Of a stretch of DNA of 57,718 nt, positions 1-10,311 are shown one piece after another. Source of the stretch: an uncultured bacterium (lineage in GTDB: Bacteria; Krumholzibacteriota; Krumholzibacteriia; JAJRXK01); NCBI GenBank assembly GCA_964593155.1, contig CAZQHE010000007.1, positions 1-57,718 on the forward strand. Direction: 5' to 3'. Positions within the stretch are counted from its first letter, which is position 1, and the number at the start of each line of letters is the position of its first letter. Under the pieces are notes generated by a model, which was not told the DNA's origin, searched no databases, and saw only the letters and a list, made by a program, of their open reading frames with translations. The position numbers and the translations under genes were made by a program.

Positions 1-468
1 GTGCTCGACCTCGGAAGCGGCTCGAGCCGCGAAGGGGTCTTCCTGGCCCAGCGGGGCTACGACGTGCTGGTGCTCGACCGTCTTCCCGACGCCCTGGACC
101 TGGCGCGGGCGCGCGCGCGCCACCACGGGGTCGGTCTGCGGACCCTCCACCGACGGATCCGTCGGGCCCGCGACCTTCCCGACGAGAGCTTCGGCGTGGT
201 CCTCGACCTGCGGTTCCTCTGCCGGCCGGTGCTCGACGCCCTGGGCGCGATCACCCGGCCCGGCGGGCTCCTGCTGCTGCGCTGCTACGGATCCGTCGAG
301 CCCGGCCAGGAGACCGGCCGCGGGCCGCGGAACCCACGCGAGAGGTTGGGTGTCGGCGAGGCCGGCCGACGCCTGGGAGTGGGATGGGAATGGATCGAGG
401 AACCCCGGCGCGAACGGGAGGACGGTGCGGTCTGGGTGCGAGCCGTCGGCCGGCGCAGAGATCAGTGA
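1..468 (+). CDS. Class I SAM-dependent methyltransferase (TehB-like), 5'-truncated by the window edge
   Basis: Begins with the SAM-binding motif I VLDLGSG, followed by VLVLDR. The ORF runs off the window start. Confidence 0.7.
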   Translation: MLDLGSGSSREGVFLAQRGYDVLVLDRLPDALDLARARARHHGVGLRTLHRRIRRARDLPDESFGVVLDLRFLCRPVLDALGAITRPGGLLLLRCYGSVEPGQETGRGPRNPRERLGVGEAGRRLGVGWEWIEEPRREREDGAVWVRAVGRRRDQ

Positions 469-496
469 TGTGCTGAACGGGGATGTTCCATCCAGC

Positions 497-516
497 GTTT
501 CACCGATCGGTGAAAC
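497..516. repeat. Perfect 20-bp palindrome GTTTCACCGATCGGTGAAAC between convergent genes
   Basis: Read directly from the sequence. Function unknown (terminator or protein-binding site). Confidence 0.8.
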
Positions 517-556
517 ACTGCTTCGCACATCCGTAACTCGAGGAACTGCAACTTGT

Positions 557-784
557 TCAGTCGTCGTCCGCCTCGCCACCGTGCTCCAGCACGAGGCGGG
601 CGCGTTCCTCGTCCTCGGGACGGACGCGGACCTTGGCCCCCAGCGTGAGCGCGAGTTCGGGCCGGAGCCCGCCGGCGTCGTCGACCGACACGATCGCGGC
701 GATCCCCTGGTTGCGGAGGAGTTCGGCCATCATCTCGGCGATGGCGCGCGCGCCGTAGGTGGCCACGACGACCCACTCGGCCAT
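557..784 (-). CDS. DUF2007-like small protein (75 aa)
   Basis: MAEWVVVATY...AEMMAELLRNQGI...GAKVRVRPEDEERARLVL matches the DUF2007 pattern. Start moved to ATG 784. Confidence 0.7.
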   Translation of the reverse strand: MAEWVVVATYGARAIAEMMAELLRNQGIAAIVSVDDAGGLRPELALTLGAKVRVRPEDEERARLVLEHGGEADDD

Positions 785-971
785 GGTGTCTCGCTCTCCG
801 GTGCGGTGGTCTCGTCGGCGCGCCGGCACTCGGGATCGGCCACGCGACGGGGCGCAGGATGGACACCGACAGGATCGGAGATGCGGGCCGAGCCGCCAGG
901 TCCCGGCCGGCGTCGGACCGGCCGGGACCGCGGGGAACATCCACGGATCCGGATCGACCGGAGGGTCCGGT

Positions 972-2027
972 CTAGAAGAACCGGTAGGTCAGACCGAGGG
1001 CGAGGGTCTGCTTGAACTGACCCGCCTTGCGGATCGCCTGGGCCACCGCCTCGGCATTGGTGAGCGTCCCGTCGTCGGCGATCAGGGGTTCGACCGAGGT
1101 GTCGTACTTGTCGTAGACCAGCCGGACGTACAGGTTCACGCTCAGGTACTCGTTCACCTGGCCCGTGAAGACGTTCTCCCAGTCGACGTCGAGGGTGGTG
1201 GTGTAGTCGGCCACGTCCGGGTCGATCCCGGCGGCCACGATGCCCGGCAGGGTGAAGTCCAGGTCCTCGAGGTCGTCCTTCGCCGAGTAGAACAGCGGCT
1301 GGTAGAGCGTGAGCTTCGACGACCACGCGAGGCTGTCGTCGAAGTACTGGTCCTCGTAGTCCACGACGAACTCCAGGCCACCGTCGAGACCCGTCTCGGT
1401 CTGCGTGGTGTCGTCGGTGGGATCGTCGAACACGTACTGCTGCCGGATGCTCTGCCGGATCGCCCCACCGAAGCGCACCAGCAGACGTTGGTCCTCGCCG
1501 GGCATGAAGTCGCGCGCGACGCCCACCGCCTCCTTCACGAACACGGGATTGAACAGGAGGCTCTCGCGCCCGAGCGGATCGGAGGCGTCCTCGAACTGGC
1601 TCTCGACGCGTAGCGACGCGTAGGGATCGACGTGGAAGCCGAAGGTGGCCCGCAGGATCGACTCGAGATCGATGCGATCGGTCGACTTCCGGGGCTTGCC
1701 GAAGTTCCCGTCCTCGTTCTCCTGGGCGGTCTTGCCGTAGGCCAGGATCAGGGAGTTGTCCCACCGCCAGACGTCGTTCAGCTGGCTGCGCAGCACGCCG
1801 TCGAGCAGGAAGGTCCACGAGAACTGGCCCCGGTCGCCGCCGGCCCAGTTGTCGCTGAACGAGCTCTGCGACAGGATCAGGCCCGCTTCGAGGCCGGGAT
1901 ACCACCGGCCGACCTCCAGGGCTTCTTCCTCGTCGTCCTGGGCGGCGACGGAAGACGTGACCACGGCCACACCGATGCACAGGACCAGGGCGAACAGGGC
2001 GCCGGGCCCGGTCTGGATACGATTCAT
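972..2027 (-). CDS. Outer-membrane beta-barrel protein, DUF3078-like
   Basis: Signal peptide, SQSSFSDNWAGG and KSTDRIDL motifs, C-terminal YRFF (terminal Phe). GAGG RBS before ATG 2027. Confidence 0.7.
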   Translation of the reverse strand: MNRIQTGPGALFALVLCIGVAVVTSSVAAQDDEEEALEVGRWYPGLEAGLILSQSSFSDNWAGGDRGQFSWTFLLDGVLRSQLNDVWRWDNSLILAYGKTAQENEDGNFGKPRKSTDRIDLESILRATFGFHVDPYASLRVESQFEDASDPLGRESLLFNPVFVKEAVGVARDFMPGEDQRLLVRFGGAIRQSIRQQYVFDDPTDDTTQTETGLDGGLEFVVDYEDQYFDDSLAWSSKLTLYQPLFYSAKDDLEDLDFTLPGIVAAGIDPDVADYTTTLDVDWENVFTGQVNEYLSVNLYVRLVYDKYDTSVEPLIADDGTLTNAEAVAQAIRKAGQFKQTLALGLTYRFF

Positions 2028-2237
2028 CACCTCGACCTCGTTGTGATTCCGAGACTGCGCGGACTCGCCCAGCGCGCGCGGCGGGAAGGAGTCCACGGGA
2101 CCATCCGTTCCGATCGGTTCCTGGAACGGCGCCGGCCATGATCGTCTGGCTGCCCCGTCCGATCAACCACGGGAATCACGAGCCCGAGGCCGATTGCCGC
2201 GCGCGCCCGAATCACGCTACGCTCCTGGTGGCTCCCA

Positions 2238-3665
<1,428 letters not shown>

Positions 3666-3672
3666 GTCCGGT

Positions 3673-6531
3673 TCAGCGTCCCGCGCCCTCCTCGGCCGGC
3701 AGCATGTCCACCCGCAGGATCCGCTCCACGGGCAGGGCCCACCGGGCAACGGCATCGACGTGGTCGGTGGTCAGCGACTCGATGAACTCCACGGTCTCGA
3801 GCTGCTCGCGGTGGTCGATCCCGTGGCGCTCGCGGAACGCCAGCGTCGAGACCCAGTACGAGTTCTCCTGCACCGACTCCTCGTGTCCACGCAGGGCCTG
3901 CTCCCGGACCTTCTCCAACCGCTCGGGATCGATCCCGTTCTCGCGGACGTCGGCGAGTGCGTCCACGATCCGGCCGACCAGCTCGTCGAGGCGCTCGGGG
4001 TCGCTGCCGAAGGAGATGCGCACGGTCCACTCGGGTTCGGGCACGCGCGAGCTCGAGGCGCTCACCCGTACGCCGTAGGTACCGCCCAGCTCCTCGCGGA
4101 TCAACTCGCGCAGACGGATGCCCAGAACGTCGCCGAGCGAGTTCAACGCGAATCGATTGCGCCGCGTCCACTCGAAGTCTCCGTGCATGACCAGCGTGGT
4201 GCGGGCCTTGTCGTCGATGCCGGCGCGGACCACGCGATGGAGCGGTCCTTCGGGCATGTCGATCCCGGGATCGCGCCACGAGTCGGGATCTTCGTCCGCG
4301 CCGATCGACGCGACGTAGGTCTCCACGTGATCGCGCAGGACGTCGGGATCCAGGGAGCCGACGAACACCCAGGTCATGTCGCCCAGGTCGTCGAAGCGTT
4401 CCTGGTAGAAGTCCAGGGCCCGGCGCAGGTCGACCGACTCGACGGCCTCTGCCGTCAACGGCGTCGACCAGGGATGTCGTTGTGCCAGGATCACGTTCAG
4501 CGAGTCCGAGTACTGGGACTGCGGATCGGCGCCGCGGTTTCGGAGCATGGCGGCGTAACGCTGCTTGAGCGCGGTGACCGCCTCGTCGTCGCGCCGGGGC
4601 TGGTGAACCCGCTTCCAGGCCAGTTGCAGCACCGTTTCGAGGTCCTCCGGCGAGCCTCCGCCGCGCAGACCCTCCTCGTAGGTCGAGATGTAGGCGCTCG
4701 CGTTCGCCCGCTTGCCGGTGAGCTTCTTGCCCAGTTCGATGGCGTCGAAGTCGCCCACGCCGCCGGCTCCGACGAACGACGACGCGAAGTCGAGCGAGCG
4801 GTCGAGGTCGAGCGTGCCCTGCGAGCGACCGCCGGGACTGAAGGCGGTGAAGGAGAAGTCGTCCTGCTTGAAGTCGGTGGGCTTCACGAGGACGCGGTGA
4901 CCGTTGCTCAGGGTCCACACCGTCAGGTCGAGTTCCTCGATCCGTTCCTCCTCGACCACCTCTCCCGATTCGGGTGCGCGGGCGAGCAGGGGATCGTCGC
5001 TGACGTCCTCCTCGTAGGGCTCGGTGGTGGTGGTCTCCACGCGCTCGAACACGGCGAGCAGGTCGGCCTCGGTCGGCACCGGCACTCCCGGTGCGTCCGG
5101 AGCACTCGCGGTGATCACCCGGTTCTCGGGCTGCAGCAGCTCGGCTCCGAGGTCGACCGCGTTCACCTCCTCGACGCCGATCCCGGGCAGCAGCCGCTGC
5201 ACCGCCTCGTAGCGCCACTCGATGCCGGGGATGTTGCGATCCTCGAGGAAGCGCGAGGCGTACTGTCGCGCGTAGCGGCCGTTGTCGACGTTCTCGCGTT
5301 CGTCGTACCGGTTGCGCAGCGAGCGCAGGGTGCCGGCCCTGGTCCGCTCGAGTTCTGCCTCGGTGAATCCGTGCTCGGCCACGCGCTTGGCCTCGAGCAG
5401 GATCGCCTCGAGCGCGCGTTCGAGGCCGCCGTCCTCGGCCGTGGCGTACAGGCTCACGCTCTGCGCGGTGCGCGCGAAGCGTCCCTTGCCCACACCGCCG
5501 AACACGAAGGGCGGGTCGGGTTCGTTCGTCAGTTCGCGCAGCCGCTGGTTGAGCATGCCGGTGTACAGCTGTTCGACCAGGGCCTCGCGGAAGTCGGCCA
5601 CCGTCTCCACCCGTTCGAAGGGCCTCTTCACGACCACGCGCACGGTGTTCGTGCTCAGTTCCTCGTCGGTGGCGATCACGATCTTCGTGTCGTCGTGTGG
5701 TGGCACGTCGTAGACGTCGCGCTCCTCGGGCTCGGCCGGGCCCCAGCTGCCGCCGAAGCTCTCCTCGATGTGTTCGATCATGGTCTTGGCCTCGAAGTCG
5801 CCGACGGCGACCACGGCCATCAGGTCGGGGCGGTACCATTCGTCGTAGAAGCGCTGCAGGCGCTCGCGGTCGGCGCTTTCGATGATCTCGGGCAGGCCGA
5901 TCGGCAGACGTTCGGCGTAGCGGGCGCCGTGGAAGAGCACGGGGATCTGTGCGTCGCGCACGCGCTGCCGCGCACCGCGGCCCAGCCGCCACTCCTCGAG
6001 CACCACCCCGCGTTCCTTGCGCACCTCCTCGGGATCGAGCGTCAGGCGGCGCGACCAGTCGGCGAGCACGGTGAAGGCGGTGTCGACGATCTCGGGGTCG
6101 TCGAGGGGGATCTGCAGCATGTACACGGTCTCGTCGAAACTCGTGTACGCATTGATCTCCGGGCCGAACTCCATGCCGATCGACTCGAGGTAGTCGACCA
6201 GCTCCTGCTTCTCGAAGTTCTCCGTGCCGTTGAAGGCCATGTGTTCGAGGAAGTGCGCGAGTCCGCGCTGGTCGTCGTCCTCGAGCACGCTGCCGGCATT
6301 CACCACCAGTCGCAGCGCCGCCCGGTTCTCGGGCTCGGAGTTCTCGCGCACGAACCAGCGCAGTCCGTTGTCGAGCGTTCCCGTGCGGACGGCCGGATCG
6401 AACGGGACCTCCGCCCCGGGTTCGAAGGCCGCGTCCGGCCACGAGCTAACGTGGGACGACTGCGCGCCGGCCAGCGGCGCGGCGACCATCAGCAGGAAGA
6501 GCGCGAGTGGCACCAGCGTGTGGTGGGACAT
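3673..6531 (-). CDS. M16-family zinc protease (PqqL-like), secreted
   Basis: GLAHFLEHMAFNG (HxxEH), NAYTSFDETVY, IREELGGTYG; signal peptide. GAGGAG RBS before ATG 6531. Confidence 0.92.
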   Translation of the reverse strand: MSHHTLVPLALFLLMVAAPLAGAQSSHVSSWPDAAFEPGAEVPFDPAVRTGTLDNGLRWFVRENSEPENRAALRLVVNAGSVLEDDDQRGLAHFLEHMAFNGTENFEKQELVDYLESIGMEFGPEINAYTSFDETVYMLQIPLDDPEIVDTAFTVLADWSRRLTLDPEEVRKERGVVLEEWRLGRGARQRVRDAQIPVLFHGARYAERLPIGLPEIIESADRERLQRFYDEWYRPDLMAVVAVGDFEAKTMIEHIEESFGGSWGPAEPEERDVYDVPPHDDTKIVIATDEELSTNTVRVVVKRPFERVETVADFREALVEQLYTGMLNQRLRELTNEPDPPFVFGGVGKGRFARTAQSVSLYATAEDGGLERALEAILLEAKRVAEHGFTEAELERTRAGTLRSLRNRYDERENVDNGRYARQYASRFLEDRNIPGIEWRYEAVQRLLPGIGVEEVNAVDLGAELLQPENRVITASAPDAPGVPVPTEADLLAVFERVETTTTEPYEEDVSDDPLLARAPESGEVVEEERIEELDLTVWTLSNGHRVLVKPTDFKQDDFSFTAFSPGGRSQGTLDLDRSLDFASSFVGAGGVGDFDAIELGKKLTGKRANASAYISTYEEGLRGGGSPEDLETVLQLAWKRVHQPRRDDEAVTALKQRYAAMLRNRGADPQSQYSDSLNVILAQRHPWSTPLTAEAVESVDLRRALDFYQERFDDLGDMTWVFVGSLDPDVLRDHVETYVASIGADEDPDSWRDPGIDMPEGPLHRVVRAGIDDKARTTLVMHGDFEWTRRNRFALNSLGDVLGIRLRELIREELGGTYGVRVSASSSRVPEPEWTVRISFGSDPERLDELVGRIVDALADVRENGIDPERLEKVREQALRGHEESVQENSYWVSTLAFRERHGIDHREQLETVEFIESLTTDHVDAVARWALPVERILRVDMLPAEEGAGR

Positions 6532-6563
6532 GGGGACCTCTCCTCGGGGTGGTCGTTCGGGGT

Positions 6564-7139
6564 TCACCGCGCACTCCCGGTCGGGGTGCGGACGTTCGCG
6601 TGCCGGCTCCAGTAGTCGACGCTGCGCAGGTAGGCCTCACGGTCGAGCGGTACGCCGCTGCCGCCCTCCTCCACGCCGAGCGCGTTACGCAGCATGGTGA
6701 TCGGTGCCATCGGCGGCTCCACACGGTCGCCGGTGGCCAGGCAACCGACGATTCCCCAGTCGGCATCGACGGGATCCTGCTCGCGCCGCAACTGCTCGGC
6801 ACTGTACAGGATCACCTGCAGGTACGCCGCGACGGGGGCTTCGATTCCCTCGAACCAGCGGGTGAGCACCGGGAGTTCGCCCTCGGCACGCGCCTCGTAG
6901 CCGCTGCGCAGGAAGCGCTCGTTGTCGGGCGTGATCTCCACCGCCGCGCACGGCGCCGCCGTCCAGTTCCGGTGGACGTGCAACCGGCAGAACGGCGCGT
7001 AGCCCTCGCGGTCCTCGAGCGGAGTGTGGGCGTTGCAGTGCTCGACGAACTCCTCCGGCGTCACGCCGGGGATCCGGGGCGCGCCGTCGGGCGGTTCGAA
7101 CAGGCGGGTTCGCGCGAAGCGGGTCAGGGCGATGCTCAT
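6564..7139 (-). CDS. DUF3228-family protein
   Basis: GYAPFC, YEAR..ELPVL.RWF, PMAPITMLRNALG.EEGGSGVPLDR recognised as the family pattern. Confidence 0.75.
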   Translation of the reverse strand: MSIALTRFARTRLFEPPDGAPRIPGVTPEEFVEHCNAHTPLEDREGYAPFCRLHVHRNWTAAPCAAVEITPDNERFLRSGYEARAEGELPVLTRWFEGIEAPVAAYLQVILYSAEQLRREQDPVDADWGIVGCLATGDRVEPPMAPITMLRNALGVEEGGSGVPLDREAYLRSVDYWSRHANVRTPTGSAR

Positions 7140-7243
7140 GGCGTGTCGTCCGGTCGGGGAGGCCGATCCACGCTAGGAGAAACGCCGGTCCGGGTCCAGC
7201 CCCGCGCGCTCGCCGGACCCGGGCACGGGCTGGACGATTGGTC

Positions 7244-7249
7244 TACAAT
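7244..7249 (+). promoter_or_regulatory. -10 element TACAAT of a probably leaderless cca transcript
   Basis: TACAAT ends 7 nt before ATG 7257 and no Shine-Dalgarno lies between them. Confidence 0.5.
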
Positions 7250-7256
7250 ATCGCGC

Positions 7257-8705
7257 ATGGCCCAGCGTTCCCTGCACCCCACGCCGGACGTCGCCGACCT
7301 CCGGCAGCGCCTCGATCCGCGCATCGTGACGATCGCCACGCGCGTGCGCGAGGCCGACGGGCGCGCCCTGCTGGTCGGCGGGTTCGTGCGCGACCTCCGT
7401 CTGGGAATCGACTCGAAGGACGTCGACCTCGAGGTCTTCGGGGTCGATCCCGAGGTGCTCACACGCATCCTCGGGTCGATCGGTCCGGTCAAGGAGGTCG
7501 GCCGCAGCTTCGGCGTGCTGCGCACCGGCGATCTCGACGTCGACATCTCGCTGCCGCGCCGCGATCGAAAGGTCGGTCCGGGTCACCGCGGCATCGCCGT
7601 CGAGGTCGACCCGCAGTTGTCGCTCGTCGAGGCCGCCCGCCGCCGCGACCTGACCATCAACGCCATGTCGCTGGATCCGCTGACCGGGGAGTTCATCGAC
7701 CCGCTCGACGGGCTCGAGGACCTGCGGTCGGGCCTGCTCCGCGCCTGCGATCCGGCGAGCTTCGGCGAGGATCCGCTGCGCGCGGTCCGGGTGGCGCAGT
7801 TCGCCGCCCGCTTCGAGATGCAGCCCGACGCCCAGCTCATGTGGATCTGCCACGAGCAGGACCTGAGCGAACTCAGCGGCGAGCGCATCTTCGAGGAGTT
7901 GCGAAAGCTGCTGATGAAGGGCGTGGAGCCCTCGATCGGCCTGGGTCTGCTCGAACGCACGTCGCTGCTGCGATTCTTCCCCGAACTCGACGACCTGGTG
8001 GGCGTGCCGCAGGACCCGCAGTGGCACCCCGAGGGCGACGTCTGGGTGCACACCCTCATGGTGTGCGACGAGGCGGCGCGTCTGCGGATGAGCGGCCACG
8101 CGACCTCGTTGAAGTCCACGCGCGAGATCCGCGCCGAGGACGAAGCACTCATGTTCGCCGCCCTCTGCCACGACCTGGGCAAGGCCACGACCACCTTCGC
8201 CGAGAAGGGCCGGATCCGATCGCCCGGACACGACGTGGCCGGCGAACCGCGGGTGCAGTCGCTGCTCGACCGCCTGCGCGCGCCGAAGGACCTGATCGCG
8301 CGCGTGCGGTCGCTCACCCGGCATCACCTGGCCCCGGCGCTGCTCTACCAGCAGCACTCGACCGACCGCGCCTACCGACGCCTGGCCCGACGTCTGGCGG
8401 CGTCCGGTGTGTCGATGCAGTTGCTCGCGCGTCTGGCCCGGGCCGACCACTTCGGCCGGACCACGCCCGAGGCCCTCGCCCGCCGGTTCCCGGCCGGCGA
8501 CCACTTCGTGCAACGGGCCCGCGCCCTCGAGGTCGAGGCCGAGGCGCCGACCGACGTGGTGCAGGGACGGCACCTGGTCGCGCGTGGGATCCGGCCCGGT
8601 CCGGAGTTCGGCCGCATTCTCCACCGCTGCCGCGAGTACCAGGATCGCACGGGGGCGAAGGATCCCGAGAAGATCCTCGGGGCGGTACTGGAGACCGAGG
8701 CCTGA
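7257..8705 (+). CDS. cca: CCA tRNA nucleotidyltransferase with HD domain
   Basis: LLVGGFVRD, DVD, RRDLTINA, EDPLRAVR, HPEGDVWVH...CHDLGK (HD). Confidence 0.88.
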   Translation: MAQRSLHPTPDVADLRQRLDPRIVTIATRVREADGRALLVGGFVRDLRLGIDSKDVDLEVFGVDPEVLTRILGSIGPVKEVGRSFGVLRTGDLDVDISLPRRDRKVGPGHRGIAVEVDPQLSLVEAARRRDLTINAMSLDPLTGEFIDPLDGLEDLRSGLLRACDPASFGEDPLRAVRVAQFAARFEMQPDAQLMWICHEQDLSELSGERIFEELRKLLMKGVEPSIGLGLLERTSLLRFFPELDDLVGVPQDPQWHPEGDVWVHTLMVCDEAARLRMSGHATSLKSTREIRAEDEALMFAALCHDLGKATTTFAEKGRIRSPGHDVAGEPRVQSLLDRLRAPKDLIARVRSLTRHHLAPALLYQQHSTDRAYRRLARRLAASGVSMQLLARLARADHFGRTTPEALARRFPAGDHFVQRARALEVEAEAPTDVVQGRHLVARGIRPGPEFGRILHRCREYQDRTGAKDPEKILGAVLETEA

Positions 8706-8706
8706 G

Positions 8707-10257
8707 CTAGTTGCGGATCCGCAGCACGCGCTTCGTCACCGACCAGTCGCCCATCTCGACGTTCACGTAGTACGCGCCGGCGGCCACCGGGCGGCCCTGG
8801 GCGTCGCTGCCGTTCCAGTGCACGGTGAAGCGGCCGGGCTCGCGGATCTCTTCGTCGAGCAGGTCGACGAGCTGTCCGCTCACGTTGTAGACCTTCACGC
8901 GGACCATGGGGCGGGGTCCGAAGGGTGGAGGCGCGGACGGATCCACGCGCCGGCGTATGGACGGTTCGAGTTCGAAGGCCTCGCCGAGCGTCGACGGAAC
9001 CTCGACCTCGATCATCGTGGCGTCCCGGAAGGGATTCGGCCAGTTCGTGACCAGGGCCGGCGAGAGGTAGCTCGGCAGCTCGTCGACCAGGTGCGCGGGC
9101 GCGAGCGCCTCGATCGTCTCGTCCAGCCGAGCCGGCGCGATCACGACCACGTCGTCGGGCTCCACGCCCACCCCGGCGTCCATCCAGATCTCGGCGCGGA
9201 GCGATCCGTCGACCGAGGCCCGCGCGAGGTCGAGGGCCAGCGTCGACGAGACGGGGATCTCGTACCGACGCCCCGAGCCCTCCGGGCCACGGTCGTAGAC
9301 GTTCAGCGGCACGCCCTCGAGCCGCAGCGACTCCCAGCTCACCGGATGCACCCGCTGCAGCGACGGCGTCGACGCCAGCACGCGCAGGCGCCGGTCGCGG
9401 AGCGAGAGATCCACTCGCAGCTCCTCGATCCTCGGATCGCGGCAACGTCCGCACATGGGCGGAACCTTCCAGGCGGGCGACTCCTGCCCACCGGCCTGGT
9501 CGTAGGTCACCAGGGCCTGTCCGGCCAGGTACTCGAGCGACGAGCGGGAACGGGCCACGATCAGGGCCAGCGGCCAGGTCGGCGGTGTGCCGGCTTCCCA
9601 CAGGAGGGTGCTGCCGTCGGCCTGCACGACGGCCCGACGCCGGTCGAGGCGCACCACGCCCAGGTGACGGCGTTCGTGGGTGTCGAGCGCGATCGTGGTC
9701 TCGAGGATCTCGAACTCCACGCGTGGCGCACGGCCGATGGCCAGGTGCGGACGTCGCGTCAGCGTGCGCCGGGTCCAGCCCGCCGGCGCGCGCACCGACA
9801 ACCCCGCCGCTCCGGCGGGCTCGGCACCCTCGGGGCCGACCATCCGCGCGTCGACGAAGGCGACGGGATCGACGTGGAAGTAGCGCCAGTGACGCGTGCG
9901 GACATGCAGTTCACGACCGAGCGGAGCTCTCCGGGCGACGGAATTCTCGTCGCCCGCCTCGGGTCGCCATCCCGACGCCACGGTGAGCGGCGTGCCGTCG
10001 GCGGGCCCTCCGGCCGCGTCGAACCAGCGGAGTTCGACCTCGAGCGATACGGTGTCGCCGCGTTCGAGCCGGAAGCTACCGGCCCCGTCGTGCAGCAGCA
10101 CGAAGCCGTCGACGAGTTCGGTGGTGGTCTCTGCCGTCGCTCGTACCGGTGCGACGACCACGAACAGGGTCAGCAGTCCCCGCGCGATCCGTCGGGCGGA
10201 TGTCCGGCCAGCCCGTTCGGCGAGCGAACGGCTCCGGCCGAGCGTCGTTGCACCCAT
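8707..10257 (-). CDS. Secreted hypothetical protein with C-terminal FlgD Ig-like/T9SS-type domain
   Basis: Signal-like N-terminus; C-terminal NWPNPF...VKVYNVSGQLV..L...G.FTVHWNGSD..GRPVAAGAYY. Confidence 0.7.
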   Translation of the reverse strand: MGATTLGRSRSLAERAGRTSARRIARGLLTLFVVVAPVRATAETTTELVDGFVLLHDGAGSFRLERGDTVSLEVELRWFDAAGGPADGTPLTVASGWRPEAGDENSVARRAPLGRELHVRTRHWRYFHVDPVAFVDARMVGPEGAEPAGAAGLSVRAPAGWTRRTLTRRPHLAIGRAPRVEFEILETTIALDTHERRHLGVVRLDRRRAVVQADGSTLLWEAGTPPTWPLALIVARSRSSLEYLAGQALVTYDQAGGQESPAWKVPPMCGRCRDPRIEELRVDLSLRDRRLRVLASTPSLQRVHPVSWESLRLEGVPLNVYDRGPEGSGRRYEIPVSSTLALDLARASVDGSLRAEIWMDAGVGVEPDDVVVIAPARLDETIEALAPAHLVDELPSYLSPALVTNWPNPFRDATMIEVEVPSTLGEAFELEPSIRRRVDPSAPPPFGPRPMVRVKVYNVSGQLVDLLDEEIREPGRFTVHWNGSDAQGRPVAAGAYYVNVEMGDWSVTKRVLRIRN

Positions 10258-10311
10258 CCAGTCCGTCTCCGTCGTTCCGCCTCGGGTGCGGAACCGCGTG
10301 GAGCCCGGGAA

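Noticed and set aside
463-520. Hammerhead-ribozyme-like CTGA...GAAAC
   Set aside because: No CUGANGA core and no consistent three-stem arrangement.
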